Part shown: positions 20,884 to 30,410 of the stretch, piece by piece
How the letters are laid out: each line of letters begins with the position of its first letter
Position numbering within the stretch: the stretch's first letter is position 1
NCBI GenBank assembly: GCA_963701965.1
Contig: OY969695.1
Location: forward strand, 1,632,001 to 1,696,000
Length of the DNA: 64,000 nt
From: an uncultured Gemmatimonadales bacterium
Lineage (GTDB): Bacteria > Gemmatimonadota > Gemmatimonadetes > Gemmatimonadales > Gemmatimonadaceae
Direction of reading: 5' to 3'
Position numbers and translations under genes: made by a program
Notes under the pieces: model-generated
Seen by the model: the letters and a program-made list of their open reading frames with translations, nothing else
Told to the model about the DNA's origin: nothing
The model's database searches: none

Positions 20884-22254
20884 CTAGTAGAAAATGTCCG
20901 CGCCGACGGATATCGTGGGCCCGATCAGGCCGCCAATGTAGTATCCGAAGAGACCGTTCCAGGCGGCCCGGTGCATGTAGATCACGACCGCGTTGAGGCG
21001 GAAGTTGCGCTCGCGGTATGGATAGAAGTTGAGGCCACCGGCCGCGTCCCACGCCCGGTTGAACGCGCCGTAGAGCTGTGACGTCCAGCCAAACAGCATC
21101 AGCTGCTTCGACAAGAGCATGTAGGACGCCTGGACATCGAAGCCTTTGTCGGAGATCGACGCCAAGGGGAGCGGGCCATCGGCGTCGATGTCGTCGAGGC
21201 GGCGAAAGTATCCCTGGGCGTAGAGGTTGAGGCCGCGGTATTTGATGGCGCCGTCCAGTGCGAGCAGGTTCAAGCTGGCGAGGGTCACGGTGACGTTCGG
21301 CGCGAGACTACCCGTCTGGAAGAGCGGGACAGCATCCGAGAGCAAGAGTTGGGTGTTGTCGGGGGCCGTGGCGTCGAGCGAGCTGCGGCGGTCCTCGCGC
21401 GACCAGGTGTACGAGGCACCGATGCGGGTCGCGAGCTTGTCGTGCCCCTCAAAGTCGCCGAAGCCGCCGCGCTCGCCGAACTCGCCGGTCGTGGGCTCCC
21501 ACCAAATGCTCGCTGATTTGGCGAGGAATCGATTGAGCTTCGCGGCGTTGACGCCGAGTTGATTGAGGTTGTTGCCGATCATCGCGGCGTAGAAGACTTT
21601 GGGGATGAGCTGGCCATTGGCCCAAACGCCGCCCGTGAAGCCAGGACGAAAAAACTCGTCGGTCATGACGCGATCGGTGGCGGTGAAGTACGGGAAGACA
21701 CCAGTCATCGAGCGGCTTCCCGGGAGCCCGCCGTAGCCGCCGTAGAGAGTGATGTACTTGTTGAACGTGTAGTTCAAATTGCCGCCCACGGCGACTTGCG
21801 CGGTCGAGTTCACCGACCACACGAAGAGCGAGTACTTCAACCGGGGCCTGAACAGCCAGCCCGTGGTGAACAACATGATGCGTTGGAGCTGAATGTCGTT
21901 TCGCGTGTCGATAGGGACGGTGTCCCCGAGATGCGAGATGTTGTTCTGCGACGCGGGCAGTTGGTTGAGATAGCGGAACAACACGTAGCCGCTCAGGTTG
22001 ATCTGGCCGAGGTCCGTCTTCGCGACCGTGAACCCCTTGCCGGGGTCCCAAATTCCCCACTGGGATGTCGGTATCGAGTCCGTGCTGGACGGCTGCTTCC
22101 GGCGCGTCGACGTATCGTGCGGCGCGGTCTTGGATGAATCAGACGTCGCGCTCCGTGTCTCTTGGCCCTGGGCCTCTTGACCCTGGCCCGCGACGACGAC
22201 GGAGTATGCGAGTGCGAGCATCCCAAGATCCACGACCGCGTGGCGGACTCGCAT
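20884..22254 (-). CDS. Outer-membrane beta-barrel (porin-like) protein
   Basis: Signal peptide, aromatic-rich alternating strands and C-terminal aromatic residue (ADIFY). Start uncertain. Confidence 0.65.
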   Translation of the reverse strand: MRVRHAVVDLGMLALAYSVVVAGQGQEAQGQETRSATSDSSKTAPHDTSTRRKQPSSTDSIPTSQWGIWDPGKGFTVAKTDLGQINLSGYVLFRYLNQLPASQNNISHLGDTVPIDTRNDIQLQRIMLFTTGWLFRPRLKYSLFVWSVNSTAQVAVGGNLNYTFNKYITLYGGYGGLPGSRSMTGVFPYFTATDRVMTDEFFRPGFTGGVWANGQLIPKVFYAAMIGNNLNQLGVNAAKLNRFLAKSASIWWEPTTGEFGERGGFGDFEGHDKLATRIGASYTWSREDRRSSLDATAPDNTQLLLSDAVPLFQTGSLAPNVTVTLASLNLLALDGAIKYRGLNLYAQGYFRRLDDIDADGPLPLASISDKGFDVQASYMLLSKQLMLFGWTSQLYGAFNRAWDAAGGLNFYPYRERNFRLNAVVIYMHRAAWNGLFGYYIGGLIGPTISVGADIFY

Positions 22255-22423
22255 GCTGGCGGTGTCCCCGGATGAAGCCACCTGACGTGTCCGAGCTGAC
22301 AGGAGCATTGCCAGCTCATCCACGACATCGTCCCACTCGACACGTGGGCCGCAGATTCGGTGCCACGCACAAGGTGCGCGCCCCGTTTCTTCGGATACGG
22401 TGAATGCGCCTCGGGCGGTGAAG

Positions 22424-23359
22424 CTATTGATTACTGCTCGGGACCGGCGTCCACGATGTGTCCGGGTCAAAGCGCTCCATCTGCTGGAATCGCTCGAGCG
22501 TCTTCGGTCCGATGTCTTGCTGATAGACCACACCGGTGTGGCTGACGATGAACGACTTGACACCGGTCACACGGTACTCGGCCGGCGCAGCCACCAAGGC
22601 GAAGCCGCCGATCATGATGCCTTTGACCACGAAATCCATCTCGCCCATTGGCGCCGAAGGCCCTTGGCCCTTGAGGATCTTGAAGAAGTAGCCGTGGTAC
22701 GGCGCCGCCCCGCTGCGGTATCCCTGTTCGATCGCGTGGGCAATTTTTTCGCCGATCGGACCGCCCCAGGTTCCATCCGGGTTTTGCCACACCAGGCCAT
22801 TTTGTTGCCCCGGACTGCTCACGATCTGCTGCGCGTATTGGTTCACCGCATACCCTTCGCGCTTCTGGAGCGCGTATTGATCCTGGGCCTGCACGTAGCC
22901 GCGGCAGATTTGAATGGCGTCCAGCTCGTTCGCTCCGATGCGGCGGTACAGAATCTCTTGCCGGCCGGCTTTGGCATCGAAGAACCACCGCTTGTCCCGT
23001 CTCGCCATGGGAACCGGGAATGGCCAGCTCTCGTTGCCCACGACGAGGTACGCCCGGTTCGTGTCGCCGGGCGAGCGCGACACCGTGTGCTTCTCGTGGG
23101 CCTCGGTGGCGAAATCGATCGCGCGTTGGCGGTCTTGGGGATATTCGCCCGTGAGCACGATACTCTCTCCGTCGGGTCCGAAAATCTCCATGAGACGGGG
23201 CACGTCGAACGCCGCCGCGGCGTCGACGAGTGCCGTAGCGGCTTTCTCGGGCGTGTCGAAGCTCTTGGCGCCCGACGTGGTTTGCGCCGCGGCCGGCAAT
23301 GGCGCGAGAGCGATCGCTGCGGAAAGACACCACGACGTCATCACGAATGTCGGTTGCAT
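22424..23359 (-). CDS. DUF2950 family protein
   Basis: WPFPVP, RRIGANELDAI, PYHGYFFKIL and PAEYRVTGVKSFIV motifs. Confidence 0.9.
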   Translation of the reverse strand: MQPTFVMTSWCLSAAIALAPLPAAAQTTSGAKSFDTPEKAATALVDAAAAFDVPRLMEIFGPDGESIVLTGEYPQDRQRAIDFATEAHEKHTVSRSPGDTNRAYLVVGNESWPFPVPMARRDKRWFFDAKAGRQEILYRRIGANELDAIQICRGYVQAQDQYALQKREGYAVNQYAQQIVSSPGQQNGLVWQNPDGTWGGPIGEKIAHAIEQGYRSGAAPYHGYFFKILKGQGPSAPMGEMDFVVKGIMIGGFALVAAPAEYRVTGVKSFIVSHTGVVYQQDIGPKTLERFQQMERFDPDTSWTPVPSSNQ

Positions 23360-23378
23360 CGGTACGCCCTCCTGGCCT

Positions 23379-24665
23379 TTACCGGCGCCGGCCGCCGCCA
23401 CCAGCGCGGCCGCCGCCTCGCATACTGGAAGAGCCACGGCTACTGGCGGCACGAGCGCTCGAGCCGCTGAAGTCCCGGCCTCCGCTTCCGAAGGCGCTCC
23501 CACTGCCGCCTCCGCTGCGCGACAGATCGCGCCCCCCGATGCTGTTGTCTCCGGTCGCTCCGCCCCGGTCCCGCGCGGCGCCGCGGTCGCCCGCGGCGGC
23601 TCGATCCCCCGCGGCGCGATCCCCCGCAGCAGCTCGGTCCCCGGCAGCCGCTCGGTCGCTCGCAGCCGCGCCCGCCGCACCGTTCGCTGCTCCGGCTCGA
23701 CCTGCGCCACGGTCGCCGGCATTGCCAGCGGCCGCCTGGCGGTTGCCCCCGGCGTCCCCGCGCGCCGATCCGCCGAATCGATCCGCCGTGGCCCGGTCCC
23801 CGTAGGGCGCACCACCGCGATGCGACGAATTGTGCTGCCAACTTCCGGAGCGGTTCGAACTGCGGTTGACGTTGCGATTGACGTTCGCGTTGCGGTTGAA
23901 GTTGTTGTAATTGTTGATCTGCACGTTGCTGCTGCCCCAACCGGCCCCATAGCCCCAACCGCCGCTGAACATCGCGCCCATGGCCACCCCGACGCCGAAC
24001 GACATGAACGCGCCGGCCGCGTAGTACCCCGGCGGCGGATAGTAAATGGGCGGGTACGCATAGACCGGCGCGCCGTACACCACGGTCGGACTGTACGACG
24101 GCACGTACACGACCTGCGGGTTGGTCTGTTCAATGACAATGACGCTTTTATTCTCGACTACGGTGGTATCCACCTTCTGATGCTCGTTCGAGGACAGCGT
24201 GCCTTTGTCCTTGGCCTTCCGACGCATGCGCTGCACGGCGTTCATGACATCGCTCTGCTGCGCCAAGAACGCGTTGCCCAGGTCCGTGGTCCACTGAATG
24301 TCGTCGGCCAGACGGTTGACCACGTCGGGCAGTGCCGCCATCGATTGCACGCTCGGATCCCAGGATTGCTTGGACACGGAATCGACGAGCGCTTTGTCCT
24401 TCACGTCGGGATGCTTCTTGAGCCATTGCTGGAGCTGGATCAGCTCGAGCGGATAGGTCGATACCGCGAGCGTCTGCGCCAACAAAGAATCGGGATACAG
24501 TGCGATGGGGGCCACCAGCGCATCGAGCTGATCCGGGGGTAACGCAGATTGCGGCTTGGCCGAGTCCGGCTGTGGCTGTTGGGCACGGATGGATCGCGGT
24601 GCGGCTCCCATCACGATCAGTGCAGCACTGAGAAAGAGCCGTCTCGATCCAACGTGTCCGCTCAC
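23379..24665 (-). CDS. DUF3300 family protein with Gly/Arg-rich tail
   Basis: LDALVAPIALYPDSLLAQ, WDPSVQS, WTTDLGNAFLAQ and VYVPSY motifs; GDRAAA tandem repeats in the tail. Confidence 0.92.
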   Translation of the reverse strand: MSGHVGSRRLFLSAALIVMGAAPRSIRAQQPQPDSAKPQSALPPDQLDALVAPIALYPDSLLAQTLAVSTYPLELIQLQQWLKKHPDVKDKALVDSVSKQSWDPSVQSMAALPDVVNRLADDIQWTTDLGNAFLAQQSDVMNAVQRMRRKAKDKGTLSSNEHQKVDTTVVENKSVIVIEQTNPQVVYVPSYSPTVVYGAPVYAYPPIYYPPPGYYAAGAFMSFGVGVAMGAMFSGGWGYGAGWGSSNVQINNYNNFNRNANVNRNVNRSSNRSGSWQHNSSHRGGAPYGDRATADRFGGSARGDAGGNRQAAAGNAGDRGAGRAGAANGAAGAAASDRAAAGDRAAAGDRAAGDRAAAGDRGAARDRGGATGDNSIGGRDLSRSGGGSGSAFGSGGRDFSGSSARAASSRGSSSMRGGGRAGGGGRRR

Positions 24666-24774
24666 TATTCCAGCCGCCCCCCTCCAACTTCCATTAGTAC
24701 CAACGGGATGCTGTCCGGCACAGTGTACCTAAGGGCTATACAATACGGGCGGACTCAACCCGGGGACGAGGGAG

Positions 24775-24858
24775 TGTCTGATGGGGGCACCGGCGTTCGT
24801 AGTAGGGGTGAGCGGCCGCCCGTGAGGGGCGCCCCCACACACTGGAGATGATGCAATG
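24775..24858 (+). promoter_or_regulatory. Putative ECF42-type promoter and structured leader (copy 1)
   Basis: TGTCTG...CGTA followed by a GC-rich hairpin and GGAG RBS; nearly duplicated at 26426-26510. Confidence 0.6.
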
Positions 24859-25191
24859 CAGTACCTCGTTTCAGTGATCGCGGACAACACCGAAGTGGCC
24901 AAACCGGGCGAGGCGGAAGCCATCGACGCGTTCAACGACCGGCTCCGGGCCCAGGGCTACTGGGTGTACGCGAACGGCCTGGCGGGGCCGAGCGCGGCCA
25001 CCGTCATCGACGGTCGCGGCAAGGAGCCGATCCTAACCGACGGGCCCTTCCTCGAGTCGAAGGAATTCCTCGCTGGCTTCTGGATCATCGAGGCCCCAAA
25101 TCTGGACGTGGCGCTGACGCTCGCTGCCGAGGGGTCGAAAGCCTGCAATCGGAGAATCGAGCTGCGGCCGTTCCACGCTTTGCCTGAGTGA
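24856..25191 (+). CDS. YciI/DGPF family protein
   Basis: TDGPFLESKEFLAGFWII...IELRPF. Confidence 0.92.
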   Translation: MQYLVSVIADNTEVAKPGEAEAIDAFNDRLRAQGYWVYANGLAGPSAATVIDGRGKEPILTDGPFLESKEFLAGFWIIEAPNLDVALTLAAEGSKACNRRIELRPFHALPE

Positions 25192-26420
25192 CCGTGGTCG
25201 ACGTTCGGGAGGCTATCACCCAAGCCCACCAATCGGAATGGGCGCGGGTGGTTGCCTCCCTGACCCGGCGTTTCAGTGATCTCGACATTGCCGAGGAGTC
25301 GACGGCTGAAGCATTTGCGATCGCCATCGAGCGGTGGGCGCTCAATGGCGTACCGCCCAACCCCGGCGCCTGGCTGACCACCACCGCCAGCCGCAAGGCC
25401 ATCGACCGGATCCGGCGCGAGAACAAGCGCGACGACAAGGAGCGAGAGGCGCAGATGTTGTACGACGACAACCCGCCCAAGTCCCTCGGCGCCATCGACG
25501 ACGAGCGGCTCCGGCTGATCTTCACCTGCTGTCACCCGGCGCTCGCGATGGAGAACCGCGTGGCGCTGACGCTGCGCATGGTCGGCGGTCTGACCGTGCC
25601 CGAGATCGCCCGTGCTTTCCTGGTGCAGGAGGCCACCGTGGGGCAGCGGATCACCCGCGCGAAGGCGAAAATCAAGGCGGCTCGCATCCCGTACCGGGTG
25701 CCGACCGCGGAGGAGCTCCCGGCACGCATCGCCGGCGTACTCGCCGTTCTCTTCCTCGTCTTCAACGAGGGCTACCTGGCGACTGGCCCCGACACTGATC
25801 CCATCCGTCACGACCTGACCGCCGAGGCGATCCGGCTCACGCGCCTGATCCGTGCCCTCATGCCGGACGACGGTGAGGCGGCCGGGCTGCTGGCGATGAT
25901 GCTGCTCATCGAGGCCCGTCGCACCGCCCGGGTCTCCGCGAGCGGCGAGTTGGTCACCCTCGACGAGCAGGACCGCGGGACGTGGGACGCGGCGCTGGTC
26001 GCTGAGGGGCATCGGCTGGTGCGCGAGCGCCTGGCCGCCGGGGTGGTTCCGGGTCGCTACCAGATCCTCGCGGCGATCAACGCTGTGCACACGTCCGCCC
26101 AACATGTCCGCGACACCGACTGGTCGCAGATCGTCGCGCTCTACGACCAGCTCGTGCGCCTCGACCCCTCCCCGATCATCGCGCTCAATCGGGCCGTCGC
26201 GGTCGCCGAGCTTGACGGCCCGGAGGTGGCACTGGCGGCCATCGACCCTCTCGATGATCCGTTGGCCGGCTATCACGTCTACCACGCAGTCCGCGCCGAC
26301 CTGCTGCGCCGGCTGGGCCGCGCGCAGGAGTCGCGCACGGCGTACGACAAGGCCATCGCACTGGCGGGAAACACCGCCGAAATCGCCTCCCTGACACGCC
26401 GTCGCGATCAGCTGCGGTAG
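25188..26420 (+). CDS. ECF sigma factor with C-terminal TPR extension (ECF42/DUF6596 type)
   Basis: NPGAWL, DERLRLIFTCCHPAL, LFLVFNEGY, YQILAAI and TDWSQIVALY motifs; coupled to the DGPF gene. Confidence 0.92.
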   Translation: MTVVDVREAITQAHQSEWARVVASLTRRFSDLDIAEESTAEAFAIAIERWALNGVPPNPGAWLTTTASRKAIDRIRRENKRDDKEREAQMLYDDNPPKSLGAIDDERLRLIFTCCHPALAMENRVALTLRMVGGLTVPEIARAFLVQEATVGQRITRAKAKIKAARIPYRVPTAEELPARIAGVLAVLFLVFNEGYLATGPDTDPIRHDLTAEAIRLTRLIRALMPDDGEAAGLLAMMLLIEARRTARVSASGELVTLDEQDRGTWDAALVAEGHRLVRERLAAGVVPGRYQILAAINAVHTSAQHVRDTDWSQIVALYDQLVRLDPSPIIALNRAVAVAELDGPEVALAAIDPLDDPLAGYHVYHAVRADLLRRLGRAQESRTAYDKAIALAGNTAEIASLTRRRDQLR

Positions 26421-26425
26421 TCCCC

Positions 26426-26510
26426 TGTCGGATCGGGGCAGCGGTGTTCGTAGTAGGGGGGAGCGGCCGCCCACGAGGGGCGCCCCCCAAAGACAGGAGA
26501 TGGTGAAATG
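26426..26510 (+). promoter_or_regulatory. Putative ECF42-type promoter and leader (copy 2)
   Basis: TGTCGG...CGTA with the same spacing, hairpin and GGAGATG as copy 1. Confidence 0.6.
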
Positions 26511-26830
26511 CTCACACTGCTTGTCGTGCTCGGTGCGGCGTACCAAGCAATGGCGCAGGATGCCCCGCTCGACCAATACATCATGACAGATCAGGGGGCG
26601 GAAATAGCCCTGGCGCGCAGTGCCGCACCGGAGTCCATCTCACGCAATGCATCCGTCCTGGTTCTTCGTACGAAAGCGCAGACGGATGAGACCATTCGGA
26701 GACCGACCCTGCCACCTGGGGAGCGGGACTGCCGGGTTCTCCCATCCTGGCTTCGAGCGACACATCGGAGCACCTGACGGAGTTCGTGGTTCTCGTGCAA
26801 CGGTGGTCAGATGGAACGGACGGTCGCTAA
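26508..26830 (+). pseudogene. Internally deleted secreted-protein gene
   Basis: N-terminus APLDQYIM...EIALARSAAPESIS and, in another frame, C-terminus WGAGLPGSPIL...QRWSDGT sit side by side with the middle apparently missing. Confidence 0.55.
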
Positions 26831-27152
26831 AGCGACCTGTTAAAGGAAAGCAGAAGTCCGCGTTCGCCCAGAAGCGGACATGGAAGCTTACCGGGTGTGC
26901 AAGCAGTAAAGAAAACGGCGGAGCCCGTGCGGACTCCGCCGTTCCCTGCTCGAGCATGAGTCCGTGCGGAACAAGGTTACCGCACGCCAGTTGTCGACTA
27001 TCGACCAACCTCGCCAACCAGTACACCCAGAGTTGCGACCGAACCAACGTTTGAATGGTAAGCGTACGGCCATCTCACCGTGATACGACAACCTCGTCGG
27101 GGTTCGCTTCCGCGTAGTGAAGAGCCGGGCAGCGGACGCGAGATCGACGACT

Positions 27153-27668
27153 TCATGACCGTCCCACGCTCGCGCCCAGGGTGTCGAGAAGCGCGTCCAG
27201 TTGCTCGAACGTCTCTCCCATCGCATCCGCCGCCCCGGTGCCGGCGGCGTCGAGAGCTTCCTTCGAGGGATACAGCTCGTGCATGACCAGCAACGTCTTG
27301 CCGCCTTTTTCCGCGAAGGTCACCGTCGTGACGGAACCCTCGTCACTTTCCTCATTGGTCCAGACGAGGCGCGAGTGCGGTGTTACTTCCTTGTACGTGC
27401 CGAAGAACGCCGCCTGTGAGTCCCCGTGTGCGAACTCCAAACGGTACCTGCCCCCGACACGCACATCCATTGCGCAGGAAAGCAGGGACATTCCCAGCGA
27501 CTTCGGCACCCACCACTGCCTGAACAGCTCGGGCTTGGTCCACGCCTCGAACACGAGGCGCGCCGGACCGTTGAACGTTCGCGTGACGACGAGCTCACGC
27601 TCGGACTTCCGCTCCACCGTCGTACGGTTCTTCATGGGGGCAACCTCACTCTCTCTTCTTGCGTCCAT
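27153..27668 (-). CDS. SRPBCC/AHSA1 family protein
   Basis: TRTFNGPARLVFEAWTKPEL, DVRVGGRYR and HSRLVWT motifs. Confidence 0.9.
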   Translation of the reverse strand: MDARRESEVAPMKNRTTVERKSERELVVTRTFNGPARLVFEAWTKPELFRQWWVPKSLGMSLLSCAMDVRVGGRYRLEFAHGDSQAAFFGTYKEVTPHSRLVWTNEESDEGSVTTVTFAEKGGKTLLVMHELYPSKEALDAAGTGAADAMGETFEQLDALLDTLGASVGRS

Positions 27669-28011
27669 GGACCTTCTCCTTCCGTTTCAATTCCTCGACA
27701 ACTTTGTCCAGCTCGTCGAAGCGTGCGTCCCAGAGCTGGCGGTATCTCTCGATCCATGCAGCTTCCTCCTCCAGTCGGCGCGGGCCGAGCTTGCAGGTCC
27801 GCACGCGCCCGACCTTCTCCGTGGTGACTAGCCCCGTCTGCTCCAAGACGCCGACATGCTTCTTCATGCCCGTGAGGGTCATGCGGAATTTGTCGGCAAG
27901 GTCCGTGATCGAAGCGTCTCTACGCCCGAGCTGCTCCAGAACGCCACGTCGGGTGGCGTCGGAGAGCGCGGCGAACGAGGCATCGAAGCGGGCCTGGGTA
28001 TATTGAACCAT
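27646..28011 (-). CDS. ArsR/SmtB family transcriptional regulator
   Basis: FAALSDATRRGVL...KHVGVLEQTGLV...KVGRVR. Confidence 0.9.
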   Translation of the reverse strand: MVQYTQARFDASFAALSDATRRGVLEQLGRRDASITDLADKFRMTLTGMKKHVGVLEQTGLVTTEKVGRVRTCKLGPRRLEEEAAWIERYRQLWDARFDELDKVVEELKRKEKVHGRKKRE

Positions 28012-28215
28012 GTGGTTCAGTATTTAACACACGGATAGGCGGCACGCAAGGGGAGGCCGAGTTCGCGCTGCCTTGAACAGCTCACAGGAGATCGCATGGT
28101 AAGCGTCTGCCGCTGGCCGTCTTGACGTGCTGAGGGTTAGCAGGTCGGGCGGCGATGATGAAACGGGAATCTCCCGAGGCGCGTACAGTGTGGGGAACGT
28201 CGATACGGAGCGCAG

Positions 28216-29085
28216 TTGACGACACGGTGGGTCTTCTTCGGGTCCAAGGGGCTTCGCGCGGGGTGGGGCGCGGCGGCCTTTCTGACAATAACGGTGGGGA
28301 TCTTCGTCTTACTGACGCGGATGTTCGGGTGGCTCTGGAGCTCGGGCGTCGGCGGTCAGTCGATGACGCCACGGATCATAGGTTTGAGCGAAGCGGCGCT
28401 GCTTGCGGCCGTGCTCGCGGCCACGGCGATCATGTCGCGGATCGAGCGGCGGCGGTTCGGCGCCTACGGTCTCGCTGACGCCCGGGCGCCGGCACACGTC
28501 GTCCGTGGCGCCGCTACCGGATTTATCGCACTGTCGTTGCTCGTCGGCCTCCTGGCCGTTTCGGATCACCTGTCCTTCGATGGAATCGCGGAGCAAGGCA
28601 CTGAGGCTTGGCGGTTCGCCGCCGAATGGGGCGCGGCGACGTTGCTCATCGCGCTGGTCGAGGAGACGTTGTTTCGCGGGTATCTGCTGGTCACACTCGC
28701 GCGGGGCATCGGATTCTGGCCGGCGGCAGTCGTCCTGTCGATGGTGTTCGGCGTCACGCACGCCGGCAACATTCGCGAAAGCATGATCGGTCTCGCCGGT
28801 GCAGGATTGGTCGGCCTGGTGTTCACCATCGGTATCTGGCGGAGTGGTTCACTATGGTGGGCCATCGGCCTGCACGCCGCTTGGGACTGGGCGGAGACGT
28901 ACTTCTATGGCACGCCGGACAGCGGCACAGTGGCGCCAAATCACCTACTCAACACGCACCCCCACGGCGCATCGTGGCTCAGCGGGGGGGCCGTCGGACC
29001 AGAGGGCAGCGTTTTCGTCATTCTCATTCTACTGGCCCTCGTACCCGTGATCTTCCTGACCTTCCACGGTAAACGAACTGGTTAG
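28216..29085 (+). CDS. CPBP (CAAX/Abi) family intramembrane metalloprotease
   Basis: EETLFRGY, FGVTH, SLWWAIGLHAAWDW and GPEGS motifs. Confidence 0.88.
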   Translation: MTTRWVFFGSKGLRAGWGAAAFLTITVGIFVLLTRMFGWLWSSGVGGQSMTPRIIGLSEAALLAAVLAATAIMSRIERRRFGAYGLADARAPAHVVRGAATGFIALSLLVGLLAVSDHLSFDGIAEQGTEAWRFAAEWGAATLLIALVEETLFRGYLLVTLARGIGFWPAAVVLSMVFGVTHAGNIRESMIGLAGAGLVGLVFTIGIWRSGSLWWAIGLHAAWDWAETYFYGTPDSGTVAPNHLLNTHPHGASWLSGGAVGPEGSVFVILILLALVPVIFLTFHGKRTG

Positions 29086-29108
29086 TCGGGGCGACGGGAT
29101 TGGAACCA
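29084..29108 (-). repeat. Degenerate copy of the tRNA-Pro 3' end (putative outer att site)
   Basis: AGTCGGGGCGACGGGATTGGAACCA matches 54931-54955 at 23 of 25 positions, same orientation. Confidence 0.7.
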
Positions 29109-29194
29109 AGCACGCTCTCCATCCGTTGACGTTCCGCGGGCAAGGCGCTGGCACCGTGATTGACATCTCTGTTCCGACACGTTATTTCGCATTT

Positions 29195-29530
29195 GTGCGA
29201 AAAAGCCAAAATACGAACGGTGGTGCCCAGGACGCACTCAAGACCCTCAAGGCGCTGGCCAGCCCGCTGCGGCTGGCGGTGTTGGAGTATCTCAAAGACC
29301 CGGTCACCAATTTTCCCCCTCAGGTCGATGGCGACCTGACTACGACCGGCGTGTGCGCCGATTTCATCCGCGAGAAACTCGGTATCGCCGCCGCGACCGC
29401 GTCCCGCCACCTGACGCTTCTCGCCGACAGCGGCCTGGTCATCGCGACGCGGAGGAAGGGCTGGACTTTTTACCGGCGCGACGAACGGGCGATCATGCGC
29501 TTCACGCGCCGTCTTCAGCGTACCCTCTGA
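29195..29530 (+). CDS. ArsR family transcriptional regulator
   Basis: LKALASPLRLAVLEYLKDP, GVCADFI, ATASRHL and RRKGWTFYRR motifs. Confidence 0.85.
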   Translation: MRKSQNTNGGAQDALKTLKALASPLRLAVLEYLKDPVTNFPPQVDGDLTTTGVCADFIREKLGIAAATASRHLTLLADSGLVIATRRKGWTFYRRDERAIMRFTRRLQRTL

Positions 29531-29543
29531 CTTCGACATCAGC

Positions 29544-30410
29544 GTGCCTTCACTCGACTACCTGCACGTCAATGTGTTCGCCGCGCGTCCGTATGCGGGC
29601 AACAGTCTGCCCGTCTTTCTCGACGGCCGTGGTCTCACCAGCGACCAGATGCAGGTGATCACGAACGAGCTCCGTCATTTCGAAGCCATCTTCCTCGACT
29701 CGACGACCGAACCGGGACGCCACCGTGCCCGCGTGTTCGACCTTCTCGAGGAGTTGCCGTTCGCCGGCCACCCGATTATCGGCGCCGCCGCGGCACTGCA
29801 CCACGCGACCGACGGCGCGGCGGAGGCGACGTGGACGTTCGATCTGACGAACAAGAGCGTGACCGTGATGACCCGGCGCGCGGCGGACGGGTACTACGGC
29901 TTGCTCGATCAAGGCCCGGCCGAATTTGGCGGCGAGGTTGGCGCGCGCGCCGAGGTGGCCGCCGCATTCGCGCTCACGCCCGCCGACCTCGACGAGACCC
30001 TCCCACCGGCCGTCGTGAGCACGGGGTTGCGCTATCTCATCGTCCCGGTGCGTCCCGGCGCGCTCGGTCGCGCGAAGATCCGGACTGACATCACGGCGCT
30101 CGTTCACGACGCTGGCGCGCAGTTCGCGGTGCTCTTCGATGCCGCTGCGCTCGAAGTGCGTCACTGGAACAACGATGGGGGCCTCGAGGATATCGCGACA
30201 GGCAGCGCGGCCGGCACCATCGGCGCCTATCGTCTGCGCTACTGCCGTGCGAAATCCGGCGGAGCCTTCACGCTGCATCAAGGACGCTTCGCCGGACGCC
30301 CGAGTCAGCTGGTCGTCGAGCCCCACGGGACACCCAATGTCGTCACATCCGTCAGCGTGGGCGGCGGCGTCGCCATCGTCGGCCGCGGCCGCTTGGAGGC
30401 GTTGCCATGA
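29544..30410 (+). CDS. PhzF family epimerase/isomerase
   Basis: NVFAARPYAGN, ELPFAGHP and EDIATGSAAG motifs. Confidence 0.9.
   Translation: MPSLDYLHVNVFAARPYAGNSLPVFLDGRGLTSDQMQVITNELRHFEAIFLDSTTEPGRHRARVFDLLEELPFAGHPIIGAAAALHHATDGAAEATWTFDLTNKSVTVMTRRAADGYYGLLDQGPAEFGGEVGARAEVAAAFALTPADLDETLPPAVVSTGLRYLIVPVRPGALGRAKIRTDITALVHDAGAQFAVLFDAAALEVRHWNNDGGLEDIATGSAAGTIGAYRLRYCRAKSGGAFTLHQGRFAGRPSQLVVEPHGTPNVVTSVSVGGGVAIVGRGRLEALP

Noticed and set aside
23560..23680. Tandem 15-18 bp repeats as a possible CRISPR or non-coding array
   Set aside because: They encode GDRAAA units in the DUF3300 tail; there are no spacers and no cas genes in the window.
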